From NCBI RefSeq assembly GCF_009914755.1, contig NC_060926.1: DNA of 64,000 nucleotides; one strand, given 5' to 3'. The notes below the pieces were generated by a model that was not told where the DNA came from, made no database searches, and was given only the letters and a program-made list of their open reading frames with translations. The position numbers and the translations under genes were made by a program. The DNA is from the human T2T-CHM13v2.0 reference genome, Homo sapiens. Shown piece after piece: positions 1 to 13,384 of this stretch. How positions within the stretch are numbered: position 1 is the stretch's first letter; each line of letters opens with the position of its first letter.

Positions 1-1623
1 ACAGCCTTAAAAATTATTGGTGAAATGCAGATGTCCTCAAAATGTAAATAGGTGAACTAAATTATGCAGGTCAGATACTAAGTTTGCTAAATGTTTTAAG
101 GTTATAAACTGCCTTTTTGGTTTTTGAGAACTGTTTGACTTGCCTGCTTCACAATTGGTAAGGCCTGGGAACATATGGAATTAACCATGCCCTTAATTAT
201 GCTGGAAGCAGTCAAACCTTGGCTGCACCCAGCACATAATTAAATTACTAGGTTTTGCATTAAAGTTAAAAATCGCTAAGAATGACCATTATAACATGAA
301 ATTGAAAGTACTGGAAATAGATTTACATGTGAGGTGCATAAGAACAGTAAGATGTGTTTTTAGTAAAAGATTGTACAAAAGCATGGAAATGTAAATCCTT
401 GCCTAGGGTTAAAGGATGATTTTTGAATTAGATAAGATAAAGCTGAAGGTTTAAACAAATAATGGAAGGATTGTAAAAATTAATCTTGCAAAAATTCCAT
501 GTGTGAATATATTGACTAAATTCAAAAGGGTATTATATGATTTTTCTGTAAATTGAGCATTGAAATAAAAGCACAGCAAGGTACTCTTAAGGCACTAATA
601 TTCTCTTTAGCAAAATTTGTTAGGGTTATAAAAGGTTTTTGTTTTTTAAACTTCTGAGTCATCATTTTGGCAAAATAAGTAACATGGTAATCTGGAATTC
701 TATTTCATAACATCAAGTGTTTTAAACTTCTAACATATTTTAACAGACTTCCTAAAATCAAACTTCAGTTTCAAAATTGTCTTTCCTGATGCCTGACATT
801 TGGATGCTACAGAGGGCCCCTGGAGTATCCAAAAGAGAGGTAAACAGGATTATTTGACATGTTTAGTTACATGGGATTGCCAAAATGGTGTTCAATCTTC
901 TTTAGGTTATATTTTGGTGAATAATACTAATATATATTCCAAAGTTGTATGGGATTTCTAAAATTCTAATATCTAAAGTATATGCTAAATCATAATTAAG
1001 GTGGTTATGTTATTTTAAACCACAGACATTACCAAACATTTTTGCCAATTGTGTTTCTGACTGTAACTACCCTGGACATTTTGTTATTCACAATTGTTGT
1101 CTTGTTTTGATCCTTTTCAAAGTATGGACTATATTAAGCTATAGGACTCTGACAGGTGCTTTCAAATACAGGTTTCTCATAACCTTGGAGACTGTGACAT
1201 TGGAATAAAGGAAAAACATATAGGATTCATTTAGAGCTGAAATGTTCACCAATATCAAGCAAAGCAAGAGCTACTGGATGGACTGAACTAATAGAAAATT
1301 GAAGAAATCTTTTTGACTGTGCTTGGAACATGCTAATCCTTATTTTGTTTTTCAGAGCCAAGGAAGCTTATTTTCAGCTATTTATGGTCTTTAATAATTG
1401 AGAAAGCTATACTCCTGTGAACAAAATTTGGAGCATGTTTGTTTCTCTCTGCCTGGTTCCTCTAGAATTTGGAAACTATCTGTGAGTATTCTTGGCTTAT
1501 GGCAATATAGTTGTTTGCATCAGTGCAGTAAGAATCCATTTTCTTTTGCAACAGGTTGCAATTGAAGAAACTGGTTGTTTTACCAAGGCTTAGACTAGAA
1601 AGGTATGCTTCCCTTTAAGGAGT

Positions 1624-1995
1624 TGTATTAGTCTGTTTTAATGCTGCTGATAAGGACATACCTGAGACTAGGCAATTTACAAAAGAAAGAGATTTAATTG
1701 GACTTAACAGTTCCATATGGCTGGGGAAGCCTCAAAATCACAGTGGAAGGCAAGGAGGAGCAAGTCCTTTCTTACATGGATGGCAGCAGTCAAAGAGAGA
1801 ATGAGGAAGATGTAAAAGTGGAAACCCCTGATAAAACCATCAAATCTCGTGAGACTCATTCATTACCACAGAATAGTATGGGGGAACCACCCCCATGATT
1901 CAGTGATCTCCCAGCAAGTCCCTCCCACAACACATGGGAATTATGGGAGTACAATTCAAGATGAGAATTGGGGGACACAGAGCCAAATCATATCA
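1624..1995 (-). mobile_element. THE1 (MaLR) solo LTR
   Basis: TGTATTAGTCTGTTTT...CCAAATCATATCA termini typical of reverse THE1. 5-bp TSD GGAGT (1619-1623) / GAAGT (1996-2000). Confidence 0.9.
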
Positions 1996-3635
1996 GAAGT
2001 CAAGCTTGACTTGCAGAGCCAATAAAAGCCCCTTGGGAAAACTGGCCTCGTACTTTTGTCTACACAGTCCCCCTAGAGGGTTCCTAACCTGTGATGAGTA
2101 AAAAATGTCACTCTCCAACAGGCTCAGGAACCACATGCTCTTGGGACCTCAAGAGAAGAGGAGTTTACCCAACTCACAAGTATTTGAGGATACAAACCCA
2201 TGGCTGGGCTCAGCTTTAAAAGGTCTTATCTGAGATTTCTTGTGGAACAGAGTTCCATCAAAGCCAATCTAAAAGGCCTATGTATAAATAATCATTTTTG
2301 TTGCACTTTATGCAAATAATCAGGCAAAGTATAAGACTAAATTCTATTGTGCAAACAACACAGTCCTATCATGATTTGTTTTTAATAGAAATGATGACTA
2401 GGGAGAGAGAAATTATAATTTATTTCAAAACTTATCATCATTAGATTCTAGACTTGTTAGTTGGTTTTAAGTTTTTGTCTACATTTTAGACTCACCCTGC
2501 TTGTTCCTGTGAACCAACCAGCAATCTCTGGCTGCAGCTCAGAAAGAACAAAAGGGATGTTATATAAAAATCTGGATCAATATTCTAGTTCTGAGCAATT
2601 ATCCTGCAAATCCTGCCAGGTGATGGCAATAAATAGGATGCCCATCACCTGGAGGTTTCCTTTTTGGGAAAGTAAGACCAAGGGAGCTAACCAAAGCCAA
2701 GTCCCATGCACTCAAATCTTAGCAAGCATAACTATAGCCACCAGTTATCTGGGTGTGTCACAAGACATCCTTTTCTTTCCCTTGTTGGAGGAGGACTCAA
2801 TTCCACAGCTTAACCTTAGCATTGAGCTTATGATAAGGAGTCCATACAATCGCCCCAAGACACATTTTTGTCCCAAACTCACTTCCAAGCTTCGGGTCAA
2901 AGCCGTAGGAAAGAAAACAGGATCCCAGGATTCCAGAGGCAGTTCATAATGGAAGTTAAAAGGCACAGTGCAGGTGAGCATGACTAATTCCTGCCCATTA
3001 AGCCAAGCTTCTTGTTTCATGGATAAAGGTCATGCTAGAATCCATGGCATAAATGAAGTCTAGGGAATTCAAGGGCTACTGACAGCAGGGGAGATAGGGA
3101 TATTCCCACCCCCAACCCCCAACTCCCACTAACATGGATGAAAGCCATTTTGACACCCATGCATGGCACTCTGTGGCAGTTGCTGGGACTCAGGGATACA
3201 AGGATGGAGGAAAGAAAAAGGAACACCTAACTTTTCCTCCCTCACATACACAAGGGATTTGCTAGGAAGAGAAAGGAACCAGGGTCACCTGCTACCCTCT
3301 TTCTGGATGAGTAGCCATTCCTCTGCAGTGCTTCCTGAACCCCTGAGACTTCTCTGAAAAAATGCCTCCTTTTTCCTCCTTTGTCCTGTTCACTGATAGT
3401 TAATTGTATCTCTGTACTATGGGACGCTCCCTTCAGATGCATCCTCCAAACTGGGAAGAGTTAATTTCCCAAACCTTAGACTGGTTGGCTTAGGATTGGG
3501 CTCAGGGGAAGGGAACCCAGAAGTCTAATATGGGGCAAAAGAGTATAAGTTTTTTTAGCAGTCAGACTTTTGGTGTCTCCTCCCTGCGCAAACTGGTAAA
3601 AGGCCTCAGGATTTTTGAGCTGCCCTTACCCCCGC

Positions 3636-4955
<1,320 letters not shown>

Positions 4956-5195
4956 TAATAACCCAGTTTGTCTTTTCTTGCCTTCAGGCCGTGAAACTCC
5001 AAACGGTCATGCAACTGGAGCCTTGGACCACAGCCCCTTCTGCCAGGGACCCTTAGATAGGCCTCTGAGGGAGCTCTGACTGCCGTTTTCCTCAAACAGT
5101 GCCTCCTGTCAGCATGAAGCAGTTAAGATCGGCCTTTGTCCTGATCCTTATTCTTATTCTAACAGCAGTTAGATGTACTTCTTTAGAGGGGGAAA

Positions 5196-5530
5196 TGATA
5201 GATGCAGGAGGCAGATAAGGGGGAAGGTCCCCAGAGAACCTCCCATGGGCCTGCACACTGGGAGAACAGGGTGGAGCCAGGGAAAGTTTGTGCCGTTTGC
5301 AGTGGGGAGGAGCCTGGCCTCTCCTTTCCTGTGTAGTGGCCTGGGATTCAATCTGTGAGTCCTGTTAGCAGGACTGCGTCTTGCTTTGCTGAGTTTTTTT
5401 TTTTTTCCTTTTTTGCCCAATAATATCCTGCTCTACTCACCCTTCAGTGTGTCGTCTGTGTGCCTAAATTTTCCTGGTCTTGTGACAAGAACCAGAGTTT
5501 AGGGGAACTAAGGAGCAATGCTCTGCAACA
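5196..5530 (+). mobile_element. MER61-family 3' LTR
   Basis: TG...CA termini, preceded by the PPT. GCAGGAGGCAGATAAGG start and ...AACTAAGGAGCAATGCTCTGCAACA end resemble MER61. Confidence 0.78.
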
Positions 5531-6330
5531 GTATGTTGAGTTTTCACGTTAATTTTTCTCAAAATATTTTCTAATTTCCCTTCTGAGTTCTTCTTTGACC
5601 CTTTGGTTACCGAGAACTGTGTTGTTTAATTTCCATTTACTTGTAAATTTCCCAAATTTCCTTCTGTTGTTGATTTCTGTTTTAATTCCATTGTGCTCAG
5701 AGAACATAATTTGTATGACTTCAATTCTTTTTTATTTATTTAGGCTTTTAAAAGTCCTACCATATAATCTATCCTAGAGGATATTTCATGTACAGTTGAA
5801 CATGAGGTATGTTCTGTTATTGTTGGGTGGAATATTCTACAACTTTGTTAAATCTAGTTGGCTTATGGTATTGTTAATGTTTTATATATCCTTTTAGATT
5901 TACTTCATTATTTTATCCATTACTTAAAGTGGAGTACTGCAATAATCAATTACTACTATTACAATGTTCACTTCTCACTTCAATTCTGTTTTTGCTACAT
6001 GTATTCTCGGGTTCTATTGTGGATGTATATATGTCTATAATTACTATCTCTTCCTCATAGTTTAAACTTGTTACAATTATAAAATGTCTCTGTTTGTCAG
6101 TAGTATTTTTGTTTTGTTTTAAGTTTGTTTTGTATTATATTAGTATAACTTCTTCAGTATTCTGTTGGTTATTGTTTCTGTGGTATACCTTTGTTCATCA
6201 TTTTACCTTAAACCTATTTATACCTTAAAATTTACATTCATCTCTGTACACAATGTGCAGTTGGATCATATTTTTTAAAAGTCCATTCAGACAATCTCTG
6301 CTTTTTGATTGGAGTATTTAATACATTTTT

Positions 6331-6633
6331 ACTGATCCATTGATTGATTGAGACAGAGTCTTGCTCTGTCACTCAGGCTGGAGTACTGTGGTGCAATGAT
6401 AGTTCACTGTAGCCTAAAATTCCTGGGCTCAAGTGATCCTCCCATCTCAGCCTCCTAAATAGTTGAAACTACAAGTGTGAGCCACCGTGCCTGGCTAATA
6501 TTTTAAAAAATTTTTCTAGAAATGGGGTCTCACTATGTTGCTTAGGCTGGACTTGAATGCATGACCTCAAACAGTTCTCCCACCTCAGCCTCCCAAAGTG
6601 CTGGGATTGCAGGCATGAACCACACACTCAGCC
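6331..6633 (-). mobile_element. Alu (AluJ)
   Basis: Diverged dimer with AluJ-type TAGTTCACTGTAGCC. ACATTT flanks both sides. Confidence 0.88.
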
Positions 6634-7444
6634 ACATTTACATTTAATATAACTTGAGATAAAGTAGTACTGATGTCTGTCATTTGCTGTGTATTTTCTA
6701 TATATCTTATATCCTGTGTGTTCCTCTATTACTCATTACTGTCTTCTTTTGTGGTAAATAGGCATTTTCTAGTATGCTATTTTAATTTCCTGGTTTTATT
6801 TAAATATGTATACATAAAGTCATTTTCTTAGTATTTGTTCTGGAGGTTACAGTTAGCTTCTCAATTTAAAACAATTGAGTTTTTAGAACTTAATTTCAAT
6901 GACATACACAAACTGTGCTCCAGTTAAGCTCTCTTTACTCCCCCACTTCTTTGTGCTATTATTGTCATACAAATTCTATCTTTTTACATTATGAGCCCAT
7001 CAACACAGACTTATGCTTACTTTTTATGCAGTTGTCTTTTAAATCAGTGAGAAGAAAGGCATTACACACTGACTTTAAATTTGCCTTAGTTGTTTTTCTT
7101 TGTATGAATTTGAGTTACTCTCTAATGACATTTTATTTCAGCCTAAAGGACTCCTTTAGTGCTTCTTAGTGGGTGGATCTGCTAGTAATGAATTCACTCA
7201 GTTTCTGTTTGTCTGAGGTAGTCTTAATTTCTCTTTCATTTTCAAGGACAGTTTTGCTGAATATAGAATTCTAGGTCTGCTCTTCCTTCCGTTCCTTTTA
7301 TTACTTTGAATGTGTCATCTTACTGCCTTCTGGTCTCTATGGTTTCTGGTGAGAAAACAGTTGTTAATTTTATTGAGGATTCTTTGTACATGAGGAGTTG
7401 CTTGTTTCTTGCTGCTTTCAAGAGTCTCTCCATCTTTGGTTTTA

Positions 7445-7552
7445 GATAGTTTGATTATGATGTATCTCAGTATGCTTCTCTTTGAGTTCATTTTAGTTGA
7501 CAGTTTGATTATGATGTATCTCAGTATGCTTCTCTTTGAGTTCATTTTAGTT
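7445..7552. repeat. 54-bp direct tandem duplication
   Basis: 7445-7498 and 7499-7552 are identical except one T/C. Confidence 0.92.
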
Positions 7553-8559
7553 GGAGTTTGTTGAAATTTTTGGATTATAGATTAATTTTTAAATCAAATT
7601 TGGAAAGGTTTTAGTGAATATTTTTTTCTGCACTTTTATCTCCCTCCTCTCCTTCTGGTACTCCCAATTGGTACTAGATATATCTTAGCATACTTGATGG
7701 CGTCTACTGATCTCTTAGGCTCTGTTCATCTTTCTTCATTGATTTTTCCTATATGTTCCTCAGACTAGGCAGTATCCATGGACTTATCCTCAATTTTGCT
7801 AATTCTTCTGCCACTCAATCCTGCTATTGTCCCCCTATAATGGATTTTTCATTTCAGTTATTATACCTTTCAATTACAGAGTTTCTTTATATATAGTTAT
7901 ATAATTCCTATATCTTTAACTACACTCTCTTTTTGGTGAGATATTGTTCTCATACTTTCCTTTAATTTTTGACACATGGTTTCCATCAGTTCTTTGAACA
8001 CATTTATAATAGCTAATTTTAGGTCTTCGTCTAGTAAGTCTACAATTTATGCATTTTTAATGACAGTCTGTTGACTGCCTTCCAGCCTGTGTCCTTTTCT
8101 GCCTGTTTATGTGTCTTACAACTTTTTGCTAAAATATAGACACTAAAAATAATGTAATGTGGCAACTCTGAAAACCATGTTTCCCTTTCCCCCAGGGTTT
8201 GCTGTTGTTACTGTTTTTATTTCTTTGATGCCTTTCTTGGACTAATTTTGTAAAGTCTGTATTCTTTGTCATCTGTAGTCACTGATACGTCACTGTAGCC
8301 ATTTGTAGTCCTTACTCAGTTAGCTTAATTGTTCACTAATGATGAGAGAAATGCTCTATCATTCCTCAAATGCTAGAATCAAAGATTTTTTTTTCCTTTG
8401 TTTATGGTGGGACTATGTGTGCATATTAATGCATGCCTTCAATTTTCAGGCAGACAATTCACAGCTTTGCCTCAGCCTTCACATCCTGCTTGCTCAAAGC
8501 CTCACAGTTAGCCAGAAGTAAAACCTGGGCATTCTCAGATTTCCAGAAATATGTTAATC

Positions 8560-8749
8560 TTTTTTTTTTTCTGTTAGATGAGATCTTGCTATGTTGCCCA
8601 TAGCATAGTTGAGATCTTGCTATGTTGTCCAGTGGCTATTCACAGGTGCAATCATAACACACTACAGCCTCAAACTCCTGAGCTCGAGTGATCCTTCCAC
8701 CTCAGCCTCCTGAGTAGCTGGGACCATAGGCATGTGCCACCAGGCAGCT
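8560..8749 (-). mobile_element. FAM (7SL-derived fossil Alu monomer)
   Basis: Contains 7SL/FAM-specific GGCTATTCACAGGTGCAATC. TSD TATGTTAATCT / TATGTTAAATCT. Confidence 0.78.
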
Positions 8750-9129
8750 TATGTTAAATCTTTTTAATGCCCCCTCCCCATGGACATCTCATTCTTCATT
8801 TTTCTTTTTCAAGTTTTTCAGTCAGCCTATTGTTAGCTGTAACTGGTGTCACTACCTGAGGCTGCTGTAATATTAAACAATTGTTACTGATTGTTTTCAA
8901 CAATGCCCTGTGGAGAGGACCATTTGCACAGGGCAAGCTCTGAGTTATGCCAATTAAAGACAAACCCTGGGAATGTAGCTTTTCCAGGAAGCTGCCAGAC
9001 AAGTAAATAGTGCCAAGACTCTGGGGATGGGGCTCTTTCAGGTGCTCCACATCCTTTTTGTCCCTCCAGTGGCTGCTAGACTGCTCTTATGGTTGCAGGG
9101 CTGTTGGTTTTCAAGGTTACACATACTCT

Positions 9130-9415
9130 TTCTTCTTCTTCTTCTTTTTTTTTTTTTTTGAGACAGGGTCTCACTTTGTTGCCCAGGCTCACTGCAACCC
9201 CTGCCTCCTGGGTTCAAGTGATTCTTGTGCCTTAACCTCCTGAGTAGCTGGGATTACAAGCATGCACCACTATGCCAGGCTAATTTTTATATTTCAAGTA
9301 GAGACAGGGTTTCATCATGTTGGCCAGGCTGGTCTCAAACTCCTGACCTCAAGTGATCCTCCCGCCTCAGCCTCCCCAAATGCTGAGATTACAGGTGGAG
9401 CCACCGTGCTCAGCC
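9130..9415 (-). mobile_element. Alu (AluS, small internal deletion)
   Basis: 19-bp TSD TCAAGGTTACACATA(C/T)TCT at 9111-9129 and 9416-9434. Confidence 0.92.
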
Positions 9416-9437
9416 TCAAGGTTACACATATTCTATG

Positions 9438-9778
9438 TAGTCGTCCCTCAGTATCCATGGGAGATTGGTTCCAGGACCTCTGGTGGATATGAAAATCCAT
9501 GGATGCTCATGTCCCTTATATAAAATGGGGTAGTTTTTTTCATATAACCTATGCACATCCTCCTGTATACTTTCAATCATCTCTAGATTACTTATAATAC
9601 TTAATACAATGTAAATGTTATGTAAATCATTGTTATACTCTATTGTTTAAGGAATAATGACAAGAAAAAAAAGTCCATACAAGTTCAGTACAGATGCGAT
9701 TTTTTTTTCCAGACATTTTTGATCTGTGATTTGGTTGAATCCATGGATGTGGAAACCATAGATTTGGATAGCTGACTG
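9438..9778. mobile_element. MER2 (TcMar-Tigger MITE)
   Basis: TAGTCGTCCCTCAGTATCCATGGG...GCTGACTG followed by TA. ~340 bp, matches recalled MER2 body. Confidence 0.85.
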
Positions 9779-9899
9779 TATCCCTACAAAAATATCCTGT
9801 TAAATGGCCTGAAGATAAATTCTCATGTAGGATGGTTCTAGTCCTAAAGATAACACTGTTCACCTCTTAATTATTGTATGTAGATAATCTGAATCAGCT

Positions 9900-10359
9900 T
9901 GCAGCAGGTCGAGCCACAGACAAAACTCCTTGACACTGAGTTAAAGAAGGAAGGGGTTTATTCAGTCGGCAGCACCGGCAAGACTCCTGTCTCAAGAGCC
10001 AAGCTCCCTGAGTGAGCAATTCCTGTCCCTTTTAAGGGCTCACAACTCTAAGGGGGTCCGTGTGAGAGGGTCATGATCAATCGAGCAAGTAGGGGTACAT
10101 GACTGGGGGCTGCATGCACGGGTAATCAGAATGGAACAGGACAGGACAGGGATTTTTACAATGCTTTTCCATACAATATCTGGAATCTATAGATAACATA
10201 ACTGGTTAGGTCAGGGGTCAATCTTTAACTAGCAGGCCTAGGGCGCGGCGCTGGGCTGTCTGCCTGTGGATTTCATTTCTGCCTTTCAGTTTTTACTTCT
10301 TCTTTCTTTGGAGGCAGAAATTGGGCATAAGACAATATGAGGGGTGGTCCCCTCCCTTA
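9900..10359 (-). mobile_element. LTR2 (HERV-E/Harlequin) solo LTR
   Basis: Reverse strand starts TAAGGGAGGGGACCACCCCTCATATTGTCTTATGCCCAATTTCTGCCTCC. Perfect 4-bp TSD AGCT (9896-9899, 10360-10363). Confidence 0.9.
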
Positions 10360-10399
10360 AGCTTACTTATTGTATATAGATCATTTAAGTCAGTATGTT

Positions 10400-10563
10400 C
10401 ATCAGAATCCCTTGGAGGGCTTGTTAAAATACAGGTCACTTGGCCCCACTTCTAGAGTTTCTGATTCAGCAGATCTGGGATGGGGTCTGGGAATTTGCAT
10501 TTCTAGCAAGTTCTGGGAGGATGTTGATGTGACTGGTTAGGGACCCCATGTTGAGAACTTCTG
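10400..10563. mobile_element. MER5A (hAT-Charlie MITE)
   Basis: ATCAGAATC...GAGTTTCTGATTCAGCAGATCTGGGATGGGG...AATTTGCATTTCTAGCAAG motif. Confidence 0.75.
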
Positions 10564-10637
10564 AAGGACTGAGATACTTTACCACCAGCATACTTAGCTA
10601 TCACATCGTGATGCTTAGGGAAGATATAGCATGATAT

Positions 10638-11136
10638 TGTAAACCAAAAGGTGTCTGAGACAGATCTGTCAATTTAGAGGTTTATTTTGCCAAGGTTGAG
10701 GATGCAACTGGGAAAATGAGGCACAAACTACAGTAGGATCTGTGGCCTATGCTTTTTCCCAAGAGGGTTTTGGGGACTTCAATACTTAAAGAGGAAAAAG
10801 TGGGCAGGAGGGGAAAGAAGAACAGTGAATTATGCATTTTTACATAAGGTAAGTAAACAGAGAGTAGAGGAAGAGGTCAAATATGCATTTGTCTTGGGGT
10901 GGGTGGAAGGATGATTCCTCCGCTTGTCTTTGTCCCATTCCTGTGACGATAAGCTGTTAATTTACATTGTCAGGGTGAGGGAGGCCACCTGGGGAGATAT
11001 GTGGCCTTCTATCTTGCAGCTATCTCTTTAGGAACAAAAGGAAGGCAGTTTTTTTTGCATGATTCAGTTCCCAAGCTTAGCTTTTCCCTTTGGAGTAGTG
11101 AGTTTGGGGGTCCCGAGATTTTATTTTCCTTTTACA
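10638..11136 (-). mobile_element. MER4-group ERV1 solo LTR
   Basis: TGTAAACC...TTTATTTTCCTTTTACA termini. Reverse start resembles MER4 (TGTAAAAGGAAAATAAAATCTCGGGACCCC). Flanks ATAT / GTAT. Confidence 0.75.
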
Positions 11137-11422
11137 GTATTAACTAACACATGGCTCCCTTTTCTCTTGATAATTTTCATTCTACGGTGGAATTAGGGCC
11201 TCATTCTTTGCCACACTGAAAATGTGATTGATCTTTGAAGATTATCCAGAATTACATAACAGTCAAGTGACAGATGTTATTGGAAGCTGATCCTCATTCA
11301 GTGTTACTGTACTAAATGAATGAATACTGAAATTAGACTGATATCTATTTTTAAATCTTTATAAATTTAATTTTTTTTTCTTTTTTAAAAGTTAGTGTTT
11401 AACAACTTTCTTAGCTTGATTA

Positions 11423-11741
<319 letters not shown>

Positions 11742-12055
11742 TTATTGTTTGAACAGGAATACATTTGAGAGTGAAAGAGGGCCCTATTAATAATTTTGCT
11801 GCAAAAAGATGTAAACTGAGGCTGTTCCAAGCAAACTAATTGGTCACAGTAATTAAAAAAAATGCAAAAATATTTTTGCATTTCTACAAATTTGATTTTC
11901 TTGGCTTTAACTTTGTACTGTGGAGTCAAGGTTCTGTCAATATTTCTTTCCATTTAGCTGGAGAAATAATAAGAGGGAACTGTTTTATTACTAAGTTACT
12001 TTTCAGAAGAGAAATAAAATAAAAAGTAAAGAAATAAAAATTTAAAACTAGGACA

Positions 12056-12060
12056 TTTTC

Positions 12061-12105
<45 letters not shown>

Positions 12106-12196
12106 TTTAGAGATACAGGGTGTTGCTCTGTCTCCCAGGCTGACACTGCAGCCTCAAATTCCTCTGCTCAATCGATGCTCCTGCCTCAGGCTCCCC
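12056..12196 (-). mobile_element. Truncated Alu fragment with long T/C tail
   Basis: ~55-nt T-rich tract followed by Alu right-arm sequence. Confidence 0.75.
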
Positions 12197-13072
12197 AAAA
12201 AACTCGTTTTATATTTGTTTATTTTTATTCCAGACTATTGTCTGTATTTTGGTGACATGAGGAGGATCAGACATAATTCTAAATGAGTTCAGAGAATTCT
12301 TAATTTCCATTCCTAACTGGTTAATCTCTTTTGTTTTTGAAGCAAATTATATGTTTAAATGCTCTGCCTGAGAAGTATTCTGGTTTATTGAATTAAAATC
12401 ATTTTAAGAATTTTTTTTTCGGATAAAATGTGAAGACTCAAAGATAAGGATACATTCAGTCCAGTATTTGCCCTTGCTCAAGGAGAAATGCTGTTTTAAA
12501 GTCAAAGTGAAAATTTTCTTCCAAAACTTCTGATTATTGTTTTTGTCTATGGAAAAATAGAAACTTGGGGCAAAGTGTAAGGACTGATGCTGTTGCAAGT
12601 CTGTTAGTGCACACTTATGCACACAGGCCAGAACAGGTCCGGAAGGACATACACTTAGAGGTTAGCAATTTTCTTTTTTTTGCAAGTCTGTATTTTCAAA
12701 GAATTAAGTTTTTAATTTTTTGCTTGTCTGGTTGGAATGTTCAGTTTCCTAAACATCTCCTGGGGAGTGAGTACGTCTGCACTTCAGGAAGTGCTCTTGT
12801 CCGGAGGGCAAAAGGTTGGGGGCGCATCCCCGGGTCGCGGCTCCTCCAGGAAACTTTCCCTTGGGGATCCGTCAGGGCCTCAGATGCCTCAGTGGATGAC
12901 AGGGTGAAGATGCCATCGCTCAGTCAAGTCCAGAAGTTCAAGAACTCCTTGCAGGTGAAGCAGTCACAGGATAGGGTGGGATCTTGTGGGAACCTAGCAG
13001 TAGGAATTGGCGCGAGCAGCTCGGTCACCGGCCCTACTGTCTCAGAGGGCGGACCCAGCTCGGGCTGGTAGT

Positions 13073-13146
13073 GGGGCGGGGGTCGCAGGGCGCGGGCCGG
13101 GCCCTCAGCGCGCATGCGCGACAAGGGGGCGGGGCCAGGGCGGGGC
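13073..13146. promoter_or_regulatory. Core promoter motifs: NRF1 palindrome flanked by Sp/KLF GC boxes
   Basis: GGGGCGGGG 13073-13081; CGCGCATGCGCG 13109-13120 (NRF1 consensus YGCGCATGCGCR); GGGGCGGGGC 13126-13135; GGGCGGGGC 13138-13146. Confidence 0.8.
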
Positions 13147-13156
13147 TGCGCCCGGC

Positions 13157-13384
13157 GTCTAGAGCGGCGGCGGCTGGCTAGGGCTGCGGCGCGCGTGGAG
13201 GGTTCGCTGCTGGTTTGCCGCCGGGTCGGGCTCCGTGGGCCGGGGCAGGAGGACCAGCACCTGAGGCCGGGCCCGCAGCCCGCGACTTCACAGCCAGGCG
13301 GCGGCGCTGCTGCTGCTGCGGGGCTCTGGCGCGCAGCCCGGCGGGACAGCGGGGCGGCTGGCGCCGGGGGCCGGGGAGCGCCAG
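13157..13384 (+). other. INPP4A: Non-coding first exon (5'UTR) of a + strand gene, probably INPP4A
   Basis: Lies immediately downstream of the GC boxes, has no ATG, and ends at donor CCAG|GTAGGT. No coding exon follows for >50 kb. The start coordinate is approximate and the gene identity is from recall of the transcript 5' end and long intron 1, not from an alignment. Confidence 0.5.

Larger units (their letters stand above)
5560..9110 (-). mobile_element. Old L1 (L1M), 5'UTR/ORF1/ORF2-endonuclease region, degraded
   Basis: Antisense endonuclease-region sequence at 5570-6300. ORF1 remnant on - strand (LRYIIIKLSKTKD, cf. L1 ORF1p PRHIIIKLSK). Many stops. Confidence 0.8.

Noticed and set aside
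2461-3442. ORFs of 60-160 aa within the ERV internal region
   Set aside because: No intact Gag/Pol/Env frame. Only the short frameshifted remnants reported above are recognisable.
8560-8749. Possible 7SL RNA gene
   Set aside because: Lacks most of the S domain and has a poly(A) tail and TSD, so it is a FAM retroposon.
12890-13000. Antisense peptide CDCFTCKEFLNFW resembling a Zn-binding CxCxxC motif
   Set aside because: Very short, followed at once by a stop, no exon context. Likely chance.
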